A stretch of 64,000 bases of DNA from an uncultured Hyphomicrobiales bacterium. Lineage in GTDB: Bacteria > Bacteroidota > Ignavibacteria > Kapaibacteriales > UBA2268. Of this stretch, positions 49,579 to 59,014 are shown one piece after another. Location of the stretch: contig CAYVVD010000001.1 of assembly GCA_964454975.1 (NCBI GenBank), forward strand, positions 131,658 through 195,657. The letters run 5' to 3'. The stretch's first letter is position 1. Each line of letters begins with the position of its first letter. A program made the position numbers and the translations under genes. The notes under the pieces were generated by a model. That model was not told the DNA's origin. It saw only the letters and a program-made list of their open reading frames with translations, and did not search any database.

Positions 49579-51137
49579 TTATTTTTCCTCCTTGAGGAGA
49601 TTATTCTGATTGTCGCGTGTGTCATTATTGCTAACATAGTTACAATTAATAGGGATTTACCCGCCAGGTCTATGCCTGCGTTAAAATCCCTTCCGGGCAT
49701 ATAAAAATCCTTGAGATTAGCCAGCCTGCTGTCTTCACGGGTGTGGCATTCTTCACATTTGACTGTTTCCTCAACAGGGGAAACCATGTGGTTGAGCGGC
49801 CAGTACATCTCAGACTCCACAAATTTGTATTCACCGCTATAAGGCAATCCCAAATAATCCATTCCAGCTTTGGCTGATGAATCCCAGTTGAAATCCAGCC
49901 AGAAGCCGCACTGCCCTTTATCCTCGGCATAGAGCTTAGGCTGGATAAGCATTTTTGTATTTGGATCATAAATCTGCTTGCCACGGTGTATTTTTACCGG
50001 CATTATCTTGGAGTTTTTGTCTTTATAATCGCCTTTCAGGCTGTTTAATTTAACAGGTTTGTCTGTATCAACCTTGTCTCCTGCGATGTAGTGGTCAGCA
50101 GTACCATTGAACCATATATACTCAGGTTTCAGGTTTTTACCCCAGGTGAATGTTCCTTTTGTGGACTTATAAGTGACATTTCCATCATTATCCTCTTCCT
50201 CGTAAGGCATTCCGTTTTTTAGTTTTCCTGCAGTTGACCAGTCCCAGGTCATTTTTGTCGCATTGACTTTTGCATACATAGGTATATGGCACGCCTGACA
50301 GCTTACTTTTATCGTATGTTCGTTAATCAGTTCATCCTTGTGTGGATTTGTAGTATGGCAGGATTCGCAATCAGCCCTGTCTTTGTTCTCTGAGGATACC
50401 GAGTAAAGCTGTCCTTTCATATTGTGATTGTCGGCAGTATGGCAAGCTACGCAATCAATATTGCCGCCTTCGGCTGACATGTGAACATCCACTTCGCGGC
50501 TACAAGTATAAAGTGCTTCTTCAAGATCGCCGTGTTTTACATTGTTTCCGCCACCTCCATAAAAATGGCAGCTGCCGCAATTATCCATCTGTGGCTTGCC
50601 AACACTTGTTGCAGCTACTTTAAGGTCAACACCGGGTGCCGGCATTCCTGCCATAGCCTTTCCTTTTATATATGTACCGCTATTATCGTGGCAGGCAAGA
50701 CAGTCAACTTTCAGAGTATCACTGAAATCGAATGATTTGTCTTCCCACCCATAGCCTATGTGGCATGAATTACAGGACTTTTCGCTCCCGCCTATTCCGA
50801 TGCAATAATTGTTAATTACATTTTTCTTGCCGATGAAAACAACACCTCTCCCTTCGATGTACTCTTCCCTCTCCCAGTTCCAGTGTGCCGATTGCATCAC
50901 TTCTTTGTGGCGTCCATTGTGACAAGTGATACAAGCTGCAGTTACCTCTTCGGGTGAGTAGAATTCCTTGTTGAGCTCTTCGAATAGGCTGTGGTCAACA
51001 GCTTTTTTGGGGCCATCTGCAATTTTTTCTTTAAGCAAGGCAATTTTGTCAGGGTCAGGTTGGTCTTCAACCAGGGTGTTTGCTGCCCAGACTGACACTA
51101 AGGCAAGTATTGCAAAAGTAATGACTATCTTTCTCAT
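49575..51137 (-). CDS. octahaem c-type cytochrome (tetrathionate-reductase/OTR-like family)
   Basis: Signal peptide plus eight CxxCH motifs (CITCH, CNSCH, CLACH, CGSCH, CVACH, CESCH, CQACH, CEECH). C-terminal hydrophobic segment. Confidence 0.75.
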   Translation of the reverse strand: MRKIVITFAILALVSVWAANTLVEDQPDPDKIALLKEKIADGPKKAVDHSLFEELNKEFYSPEEVTAACITCHNGRHKEVMQSAHWNWEREEYIEGRGVVFIGKKNVINNYCIGIGGSEKSCNSCHIGYGWEDKSFDFSDTLKVDCLACHDNSGTYIKGKAMAGMPAPGVDLKVAATSVGKPQMDNCGSCHFYGGGGNNVKHGDLEEALYTCSREVDVHMSAEGGNIDCVACHTADNHNMKGQLYSVSSENKDRADCESCHTTNPHKDELINEHTIKVSCQACHIPMYAKVNATKMTWDWSTAGKLKNGMPYEEEDNDGNVTYKSTKGTFTWGKNLKPEYIWFNGTADHYIAGDKVDTDKPVKLNSLKGDYKDKNSKIMPVKIHRGKQIYDPNTKMLIQPKLYAEDKGQCGFWLDFNWDSSAKAGMDYLGLPYSGEYKFVESEMYWPLNHMVSPVEETVKCEECHTREDSRLANLKDFYMPGRDFNAGIDLAGKSLLIVTMLAIMTHATIRIISSRRKNK

Positions 51138-51441
51138 CGCTATATTCCTAAACAGCTATATTGCTATACGGCAATGTAGCTGATATATTTTTGATAGAAA
51201 GGGGAAAGTGAATTTTGTATCTGAGGTGTGGTTAATAATATGTCAAGTTAATCATTATCTTGAATTGCTAATTACTCATATCCTTCGGCGGGACACGTCA
51301 TTCAGTGTGCCACTCTTAAACTAATAATAAGAATTCTATATTCCAACGCCTCCCTGGTAATAACCGTTTAATTGCAGGACGCTTTCCGGAGAGAAAATAA
51401 ATAATCTTCATTACGTAGGGATTTCAACCCGGTTACAATAA

Positions 51442-53565
51442 TTATGTTTTCAGGTGTGTTGTGATTTCCACTTCGGTGTCGGGAGGAAGTTCGGTATAGC
51501 TGATTACATTCACCATCGGGAATGTATTGTGTACCATTCTGTATAAGTATGGCCGTATCTGTGCTGAACAAATCACAATTGGCAGATGCCCTGCGAGGGT
51601 TGCCTCATCAATTGCACCAGATAATCCTTTTAATATCGAATTAATTCTCTCCGGTGCGAGTCCAAGTGAAGGCGCTGTTGATGACTGGTTGTTTTTTTGA
51701 AGTGCCTGTGTCATTTCTTCTTCGATTTGCGGGTCAACGGATATGGCATGTATTGTGCCATTATTGTCCTGGTAGAGCTGCTGGATTGTTTCTGACATAT
51801 TATGGCGTACGTATTCTGTAAGCACATCTATGTTCTTAGTTACCTTGTAGTATTCGAGCAGTGATTCCAGTATGAGGCTCAAATCACGAACCGGGATTCC
51901 TTCTTTCAACAAATTCTGAAGTACCTTTTGCAACACGGAAATTGGCAATGACTCGGGCTTGACTTCTTCCACAAGTGTAGGATAATCTTCCTTGAGATTT
52001 TCGAGGAGATGATTCACATCCTGCCTGGTGAGCAATTTGTCGGAATTTCGTCTTAGAAGTTCTGTGAGATGTGTAGTAAGTACAGTAGCAGATTCAACGA
52101 CTGTAAATCCCTTGATCTCGGCATCTTCACGTTCACGGTGATTAATCCAGGTAGCCGGCAGTCCGAAAACCGGCTCAGTTACTTTAATACCGCTCAATTC
52201 TCCTTCCGCATTTCCGGGATTCATTGCGAGAAGCATATTCGGGTATAGTTTGTTCCGGGCTATTTCATTTGCACGGATTCTGAATACATATTCCTCAGGG
52301 TCGAGTTGCAAGTTATCTCTTACTCTTACAGGTGGGAGGATAATTCCCAGCTCAGTTGCAAGCTGGCGTCGCACATTAGTTATTCTTTTAAATACATCGC
52401 CACCCTGTGATTCATCCACAAGCGCAATCAGTGTGTAACCAAGCTCAATTTCCACGGGGTCAACCTTAAGTAATTCTTCAACCGGACGTTCCTCAGGTTT
52501 TCGGGCTTTTTCTGCCTTATCCATTTCATCGCGCAGTTCACGGTCGGATTCCTCCTTTATATGCTTAATGCGAAAATACCCGATGGCTCCTGTTACTCCT
52601 GCAAGCAAAATAAAAGGTAACATTGGAAATCCAGGCAGGAGAGAAATAAGCACAAGTGTTCCGGAGGCAACAAAAAGAGGTTTTGGTTTAGTACCAAATT
52701 GCTTGCCAAGCTGTAAATCCAGGTCGCCGGACGAAGCTGAACGCGTTACAACCAAACCGCCGGATACGGAAATCAATAGAGATGGTATTTGCGAGACAAG
52801 TCCGTCGCCGATTGTCAGGATTGTATATATTGATAGTGCCTCGCTCAATTCCATGTCGCGCTGAAGCATACCAATTAAAAATCCGCCAAGGATATTTACT
52901 CCTGTAATTACAAGGCCGGCTATTGCATCACCACGGATAAACTTTGCAGCTCCATCCATAGCGCCGTAAAAATCAGATTCCTTAGTAAGCTCTTCACGAC
53001 GCTGACGGGCTGTTTGTTCATCAATGTAGCCGGCGTTAAGGTCGGCATCTATACTCATCTGCTTGCCGGGAAGGGCATCAAGAGTAAACCTTGCAGCTAC
53101 TTCCGCTATACGAGTTGAACCCTTGATTACTACTAAGAAGTTGATTATCAGCAGGATCAGGAATATGATAATACCGACTACAAAATTGCCTTTGATAACG
53201 AATGTTCCGAAAGCATTGATAATATCTCCTGCATTTGCTTCACCAAGTATCAGACGTGTAGAGGCAACGTTGAGTCCCAGCCGGAAAAGTGTTGTAATTA
53301 GTAATATCGTTGGAAATGAGGAAAATTCAAGCGGGGAAGTCAGGTAAACAGCAACAAGAATTATTAATACTGATATAGCAATATTGACAGTAAGGAAAAA
53401 ATCCAGCATGAATGTCGGGAGAGGTATTAGTAGGAGCCCCAGAATAAGCAATACTCCCGCCGCAAGAATTAGATCCTTATTCTTATTTAACTGCGGGCCG
53501 AGATATTCACCAACTCTTGCAAGCGGCCCTGAATTCAATGCTGTTATTTGTTGATTTTTAGCCAT
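51442..53565 (-). CDS. flhA: flagellar/type III export apparatus protein FlhA
   Basis: Eight N-terminal TM helices, the conserved FlhA cytoplasmic loop (FHxxxGD-like region RGDAIAGL) and a C-terminal cytoplasmic domain. Confidence 0.8.
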   Translation of the reverse strand: MAKNQQITALNSGPLARVGEYLGPQLNKNKDLILAAGVLLILGLLLIPLPTFMLDFFLTVNIAISVLIILVAVYLTSPLEFSSFPTILLITTLFRLGLNVASTRLILGEANAGDIINAFGTFVIKGNFVVGIIIFLILLIINFLVVIKGSTRIAEVAARFTLDALPGKQMSIDADLNAGYIDEQTARQRREELTKESDFYGAMDGAAKFIRGDAIAGLVITGVNILGGFLIGMLQRDMELSEALSIYTILTIGDGLVSQIPSLLISVSGGLVVTRSASSGDLDLQLGKQFGTKPKPLFVASGTLVLISLLPGFPMLPFILLAGVTGAIGYFRIKHIKEESDRELRDEMDKAEKARKPEERPVEELLKVDPVEIELGYTLIALVDESQGGDVFKRITNVRRQLATELGIILPPVRVRDNLQLDPEEYVFRIRANEIARNKLYPNMLLAMNPGNAEGELSGIKVTEPVFGLPATWINHREREDAEIKGFTVVESATVLTTHLTELLRRNSDKLLTRQDVNHLLENLKEDYPTLVEEVKPESLPISVLQKVLQNLLKEGIPVRDLSLILESLLEYYKVTKNIDVLTEYVRHNMSETIQQLYQDNNGTIHAISVDPQIEEEMTQALQKNNQSSTAPSLGLAPERINSILKGLSGAIDEATLAGHLPIVICSAQIRPYLYRMVHNTFPMVNVISYTELPPDTEVEITTHLKT

Positions 53566-53779
53566 CAGCGCACACTATTAGCCTTGTTGCCGGATTCCGT
53601 TATCCAGCTTATCTCCTGTACCATAGATTGTATGCGGCTCTCGTGAAGTCCGCGATAATAAACCAAACCCATTTCAATAGCAGGGGGCAATTTATTTGCC
53701 AAAAAAAAAGGCAAATAAAGCATGTACGGAATCGTTTTACCTTAATTAATCTTTATTATCTAAACAGGTTTGCCAAGAG

Positions 53780-55699
53780 ATGATTATAACATTGCCGGAT
53801 GGCTCGCAGAGGGAGTATAACAAGGGTGTTACTGGAATGGAGATTGCTGAGTCCGTTTCACCGGGGCTTGCGAGAGTTGCGCTCGGAATTTTTGTAAATG
53901 GTGTTAAATTTGACCTTTCACGCCCGATTTACGAGGATGCGGAAGTAAGGATTGTTACGTTTAATGATGAAGAAGGCAAGGAGATTTTCTGGCATTCTTC
54001 AGCCCACCTTATGGCAGAAGCAATTCAGGCAATTTTCCCGGGAACAAAATTCGGCATTGGTCCGCCAATCGAATATGGATTCTATTACGATGTTGATCTT
54101 CCCGGGGGCAGACGCATTAATGACGAAGACCTGCCGGCAATTGAAGCTAAAATGAAAGAGCTTGCTAAGAAAAAATCCGAATACCAAAGGATTGAGATTA
54201 GCTGGGATGACGCTATTAAGCACTTCAAAGAAGTCGGTGATGAGTACAAAATAGAACTGCTCGAAGATTTGCAAGAAAGCGAAATTACTTTTTACAAGCA
54301 GGGCGAATTCCTCGATTTATGCCGTGGAACTCATGTTCCTGATACAGGCCATATCAAAGCAATTAAGCTGCTTTCCGTAGCAGGAGCCTATTGGCGCGGC
54401 GATTCAGACCGCCAGATGATGACACGCATTTATGGAATCACATTCCCAAAGAAAAATATGCTCGATGAATTTCTCCATCTTCGTGAGGAAGCTGAAAAAC
54501 GAGACCACAGAAAGCTCGGCAAGGAACTTGAACTTTACATGATTACCCCAAAGATTGGGGGAGGGCTGCCGGTGTGGCTGCCAAAAGGCGCATTTATCCG
54601 CAGGAAACTGGAGGATTTTATTAAAGGTGAGCTTATCAAGCGCGGCTATGTCGAGGTAATTACACCTCACATCGGGAATCTTGAATTATACAAGACTTCC
54701 GGCCATTACCCGTATTACGCCGATTCTCAATTCTCGCCGATTGAAGTGGAAAACGAGCAATACATCCTAAAGCCGATGAACTGCCCTCACCATCACCAGA
54801 TTTATTCATCCAAGCCTCGCTCTTACCGTGATTTGCCTGTGCGCCTTGCAGAATTTGGAACAGTATATCGTTACGAGCAATCAGGCGAGCTTAACGGGCT
54901 ATCGCGTGTGCGTGGCTTTACCCAGGATGATGCACATATCTATTGCACTCACGAACAACTGAAGGATGAGCTCAAAAACAACATTGACCTTACTCAGCTT
55001 GTGTTCAAAACGTTTAACATGGAAGTAACGACACGCCTTTCCTTTAGGGATGATGAGCAAGGCAAATATGCGGGCGACCTTGAAGTCTGGGAACAGGCAG
55101 AGAAAGAATTGCAGGAAGTTGCAGATGAAATCGGACTTGACTATTTCATAGGAAAGGGTGAGGCTTCTTTCTACGGACCGAAGATTGACTTTATCGTGCG
55201 AGATGCGCTTGGCCGCAAATGGCAGCTTGGCACCGTGCAGGTGGACTATGTAATGCCGGAGCGTTTCGACCTCGAATACACCGGTTCGGACAATGCAAAG
55301 CACCGCCCGGTAATAATCCACCGCGCGCCTTTCGGTTCTATGGAACGCTTTATGTCCATACTGATTGAGCATTATGCAGGGAACTTCCCGTTCTGGCTGG
55401 CGCCCGAGCAGGTAAGCATATTGCCTATAAGCGATGCTTACATTCCGTATTGCGAGAAAGTGAAGGAAAGGCTGGTAGAAGAAGGTTTCCGAGTGAAGAT
55501 AGACACACGTAGTGAAAAAATAGGGCGAAAGATCGCCGAATCAGAGCAAATGAAAATACCATTCGCCCTGATAATTGGACAGAAAGAAGAGGAGGCAGGA
55601 ACAGCATCCGTTCGCGAGCACACGGTAGGAGACTCAGGCGCAAAATCTATAGATGAAATCGTCGCTATGTTCAAAGAGCTGGATCAACCGGGGAAATAA
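53780..55699 (+). CDS. thrS: threonine--tRNA ligase
   Basis: TGS domain, second additional domain, class II core motifs (RLAEFG; FTQDDAHI; GPKIDF) and anticodon-binding domain. Confidence 0.9.
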   Translation: MIITLPDGSQREYNKGVTGMEIAESVSPGLARVALGIFVNGVKFDLSRPIYEDAEVRIVTFNDEEGKEIFWHSSAHLMAEAIQAIFPGTKFGIGPPIEYGFYYDVDLPGGRRINDEDLPAIEAKMKELAKKKSEYQRIEISWDDAIKHFKEVGDEYKIELLEDLQESEITFYKQGEFLDLCRGTHVPDTGHIKAIKLLSVAGAYWRGDSDRQMMTRIYGITFPKKNMLDEFLHLREEAEKRDHRKLGKELELYMITPKIGGGLPVWLPKGAFIRRKLEDFIKGELIKRGYVEVITPHIGNLELYKTSGHYPYYADSQFSPIEVENEQYILKPMNCPHHHQIYSSKPRSYRDLPVRLAEFGTVYRYEQSGELNGLSRVRGFTQDDAHIYCTHEQLKDELKNNIDLTQLVFKTFNMEVTTRLSFRDDEQGKYAGDLEVWEQAEKELQEVADEIGLDYFIGKGEASFYGPKIDFIVRDALGRKWQLGTVQVDYVMPERFDLEYTGSDNAKHRPVIIHRAPFGSMERFMSILIEHYAGNFPFWLAPEQVSILPISDAYIPYCEKVKERLVEEGFRVKIDTRSEKIGRKIAESEQMKIPFALIIGQKEEEAGTASVREHTVGDSGAKSIDEIVAMFKELDQPGK

Positions 55700-55881
55700 A
55701 AAGTAGATGAATTATTAAAGGGGCTTGGTGTGTCCTGTAAGCATTAAATATCGCGCTGAACGTCATTCTGACCCCGCCGTTGGCGGAGGAGGAATCAACT
55801 ATTCATCAGCTACCTGGTTTCCTAACTACTTTTAAAATAACACCCAGAACTTACATTTGCACATTATGGCAGCCTTCAAGT

Positions 55882-56157
55882 TTACTCGCACTCGATTTCG
55901 CCGAAGAAGGCGTGGAGCTTGCTGCCCTTCTCTCCATTACTAAAGAACACCATAATCTCGTCGTGAGTATAAGCCGCGTACTCTACCAAATAGATATATG
56001 AGATTACTATATCATTCCGGTAGCATGACTGTTCCGGTTCGTCATCAGGACCACCGAAACCGCCTGACATTAGGATAGCATAATTCTTTGAATTCAAGCA
56101 GCACACTGACAACAAAATAAAAACTACAATAAAAATTAAATATTTTGAAACTATCAT
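55882..56157 (-). pseudogene. truncated fragment of a secreted protein (possible peptidase N-terminus)
   Basis: Signal peptide followed by ~60 aa that stop without a domain. There is no continuing minus-strand ORF. Confidence 0.2.
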
Positions 56158-56173
56158 TCCTACCTCAGTTAAC

Positions 56174-56644
56174 TTATTTTAACTGTATTATTTTTTGGGC
56201 AATAACACTCTCTACGTTTCTTAGTCTTACAAAGTAAACTCCAACCGATAATTCACTCCCATCAGAAACCACCTCATGCACACCAGGTTCTTTATATCCG
56301 TCTTCAACTAATACCGCCAATTCTCTGCCATATAAGTCAGTTATGTTAAGTTTTACATTACAATGTTTATTTATTTCAAATTCTATTAAAGTGAAGTTTG
56401 CAAATGGATTGGGTCGCACATCAAGGGCAGAAGTTTCATCAAAATAACTGTCAATGTGCAATGGTTTAATCTGAAGTAGTGTTTGAATACCAACAAGCGA
56501 GTCGCTAAGCAGGAGATTGTTACAATCTTGCTGTGAATATAGATTAATATTAATCAAGAATAAAGTAAAAATTACCACTGGCGACAGACCGGTTCTGTTC
56601 ATTTTTTCACCCAAATAAAAGCTGCAAAAATTATTGTTAATCAA
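56174..56644 (-). CDS. small secreted protein carrying a T9SS (Por) C-terminal sorting domain
   Basis: N-terminal signal peptide. The C-terminal ~80 aa has the T9SS CTD pattern (…GVYFVRL…KIIQLK). Confidence 0.5.
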   Translation of the reverse strand: MINNNFCSFYLGEKMNRTGLSPVVIFTLFLININLYSQQDCNNLLLSDSLVGIQTLLQIKPLHIDSYFDETSALDVRPNPFANFTLIEFEINKHCNVKLNITDLYGRELAVLVEDGYKEPGVHEVVSDGSELSVGVYFVRLRNVESVIAQKIIQLK

Positions 56645-56951
56645 TTATGGGCTAAATAATACTTCTAATTCGATTGTCTTTTTATCTTGCTGTTTCTGGT
56701 AAAATTGCAGCATTGTGTTATGTTTCTAATATGGTAATCTAATTGTGGGATTTTCTGCAATTTAAAAACTCAACTTAAATAACTGTTCATAAAATCCAAA
56801 TTAAACATTCCAATACATCCATTTATATCAATCTACGTTGCAAATATATTAGACTAAGTTAAATTAATGATAAAATATAATTTATTGTTGCTGACTATAT
56901 TCATCTGATGCCTTCAAATCATAGAATGAATTAATCATGCGAATCCCTTCC

Positions 56952-59009
56952 TCACGCTGTTTTAATACTCTCCACCGGCGGATGAGCTTTAATCTTCCTG
57001 ATGAATTCTTTCAGGTGTGAGATGTCCTTTACCTCAAGTTCGAAAAGGATGCTGACGATGTTTTCGCCAACGTTGCGGGTGCTTGAGTTGGATATGGTGA
57101 TTTTGTCAGAAGTTGCCTGCTCTACAACAGCTTTAAGTATGTCGTTGTAATTCTCGCCAAACACCTTGATTTTTGTCTTTTGCGCTGATTCTGTCATCAC
57201 CCAGTTTGCAGTTTTCAGCCGCTCCGTGTCGAACTGCTGCGACAGGATATAACGGCAATCGGCAGAGTGGATTTTCAGTTCGCTCATCCGTGTAATGTAT
57301 GCAATTATTTCTTCGCCTTTTATTGGGTTGCAACAACCTGCCAGCGTAGTCTTTATGCCCTTCAATCCTTCAACTTCAACCTGCGGCGAACGGTCGGCAG
57401 AATGAGGCTTCTCGACACGGTGCTTTCTCTTTGATTCTTCGCCGCGGAACGCATCAGGGTATAATCGCCTGAGCAATGGCAGCTTTGGCTTCAAAGACTT
57501 GATTGCAATAGCCGAATAAAAATCATCTGCCGTTTTGAACCCAACATTGAGCAGGTTCTTCTTGAAGCTCTGTTCCTCGTCAATATTCTCCAGCTTTGAC
57601 TTGAACCGCTTTTTGAATTTTTCCCACAAACGCTTGCCTTCTGCAATTATCTGTTCCTGCTCATTCTTTTTGAGCCAGAGCAGGATTTTGGACCTCGCCT
57701 TGCTTGTTTTTACAAACTCCAGCCAGTCCCGGGAAGGATTTGGCTTCTTGGATGTAATAATATCCACCACATCACCGGAGTGCAATTCAGTCTTGAGCTT
57801 GGCGAACTTGCCGTTTATTCTTGCTCCGGTAGTCTTGTTACCAACCTCTGAATGAATTGCGTAAGAAAAATCAATCGGAGTCGAGCCGTGAGGAAGGGTT
57901 ATTATGTCGCCTTTTGGAGTGAGTATATGAATATAATCGCGTTTTAGGTCGGCTTTAAGGAAGTTGTGGAGCTCGTAAGGATTGTTGAAATATTCATCAT
58001 TTTCGAGAAATTCTTTAAGGCGGGGGATCCAGTTAGATTTAGCGTTTACGTTTTCCTTGTAAGCCCAATGAGCCGCTGAACCATACTCAGCCTCGCGGTG
58101 CATCTCCTCTGTTCGTATTTGTATCTCGAATTTATCGCCGCTGCGTGTAAGGATTGTAGTTTGTATCGAACGGTATCCGTTTGGCTTGGGAAATGTAATC
58201 CAGTCCTTGAATCGGCCCTCAATTGGCAGCCACTTGCTGTGAATCATTCCGAGCGTCTGGTAACAATTTTCTACTTTATTAGTAACAATGCGAAGCGCCA
58301 TCAGGTCATAAACCTGGTTGAGTGTTACGCCCTTGTTTTCGAGCTTCAGGTAAATGCTGTATAGTCTTTTTACTCGCTTCTGAATTTGCGCCCGGATATT
58401 GTTTTTTTCCAGCAACTCAGAGATATTGTTGCCCATTATGGTCAGTTTGCGCTCGAAGTCTGCCCGCCGCTTCTCAATAATTTTGCTTAGGCGCCTGAAT
58501 TCATCCGGGTGCAACACTTTAAATGAAATGTCATCCATTTCTGTGTATATTCTCCTGATACCCAGCCTGTGGGCAATTGGTGAATAGAGATAGAGACATT
58601 CTTCGGCAATTTTTTTAAGTTCCGGGCTGCTATCTTCTTCTGCTTTTCTAAGAGTAATTAATCGTTCCGATAGCTTGATGAATATTGAGGACAAATCTGT
58701 TGTCAATTCAATAAAAAGCTGTCGAAGGCCGGAAATTTTTTTCTTTGTCTCGGGAAAATTAATATTGCTGATCCGCGAAAGCAGCTCTACTCTCTTTAGT
58801 ATATCAGTCCCAAATGTGTCAAGAATTAAATTGCAGACTTCCGGGTTGGATGTGTCGACAAGTGAAAAATATGAAGTAATAAGAGTATTCTTATCAAGGT
58901 TCAGGCTCTCTGTGAAATCGAGAAGCCTGAAGGCAAGCTCCTGCTGTTCCGGAGTGTAAATCTTTTGCCCGGTTGAGGGTAACACAGACTTTATGTCATT
59001 ATCAGGCAT
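56952..59009 (-). CDS. RelA/SpoT-family (p)ppGpp synthetase; the hydrolase HD motif is not conserved
   Basis: Synthetase motifs (YRSIQTTI; EIQIRTEEMH), TGS (GDIITLP.GSTP.DFAY.IH) and ACT. The N-terminal HD region lacks the His/Asp pair (…SYFSLVDTS…). Confidence 0.8.
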   Translation of the reverse strand: MPDNDIKSVLPSTGQKIYTPEQQELAFRLLDFTESLNLDKNTLITSYFSLVDTSNPEVCNLILDTFGTDILKRVELLSRISNINFPETKKKISGLRQLFIELTTDLSSIFIKLSERLITLRKAEEDSSPELKKIAEECLYLYSPIAHRLGIRRIYTEMDDISFKVLHPDEFRRLSKIIEKRRADFERKLTIMGNNISELLEKNNIRAQIQKRVKRLYSIYLKLENKGVTLNQVYDLMALRIVTNKVENCYQTLGMIHSKWLPIEGRFKDWITFPKPNGYRSIQTTILTRSGDKFEIQIRTEEMHREAEYGSAAHWAYKENVNAKSNWIPRLKEFLENDEYFNNPYELHNFLKADLKRDYIHILTPKGDIITLPHGSTPIDFSYAIHSEVGNKTTGARINGKFAKLKTELHSGDVVDIITSKKPNPSRDWLEFVKTSKARSKILLWLKKNEQEQIIAEGKRLWEKFKKRFKSKLENIDEEQSFKKNLLNVGFKTADDFYSAIAIKSLKPKLPLLRRLYPDAFRGEESKRKHRVEKPHSADRSPQVEVEGLKGIKTTLAGCCNPIKGEEIIAYITRMSELKIHSADCRYILSQQFDTERLKTANWVMTESAQKTKIKVFGENYNDILKAVVEQATSDKITISNSSTRNVGENIVSILFELEVKDISHLKEFIRKIKAHPPVESIKTA

Positions 59010-59014
59010 TCAAA

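Noticed and set aside
51442-53565. FlhA as evidence of a non-flagellar type III secretion injectisome
   Set aside because: No other injectisome components, chaperones or effectors are visible. A flagellar FlhA is the simpler explanation.
55700-55880. ccgccgttggcgg hairpin after thrS as a terminator
   Set aside because: It is a short GC stem without a following T-run. This is insufficient for a confident intrinsic terminator call.
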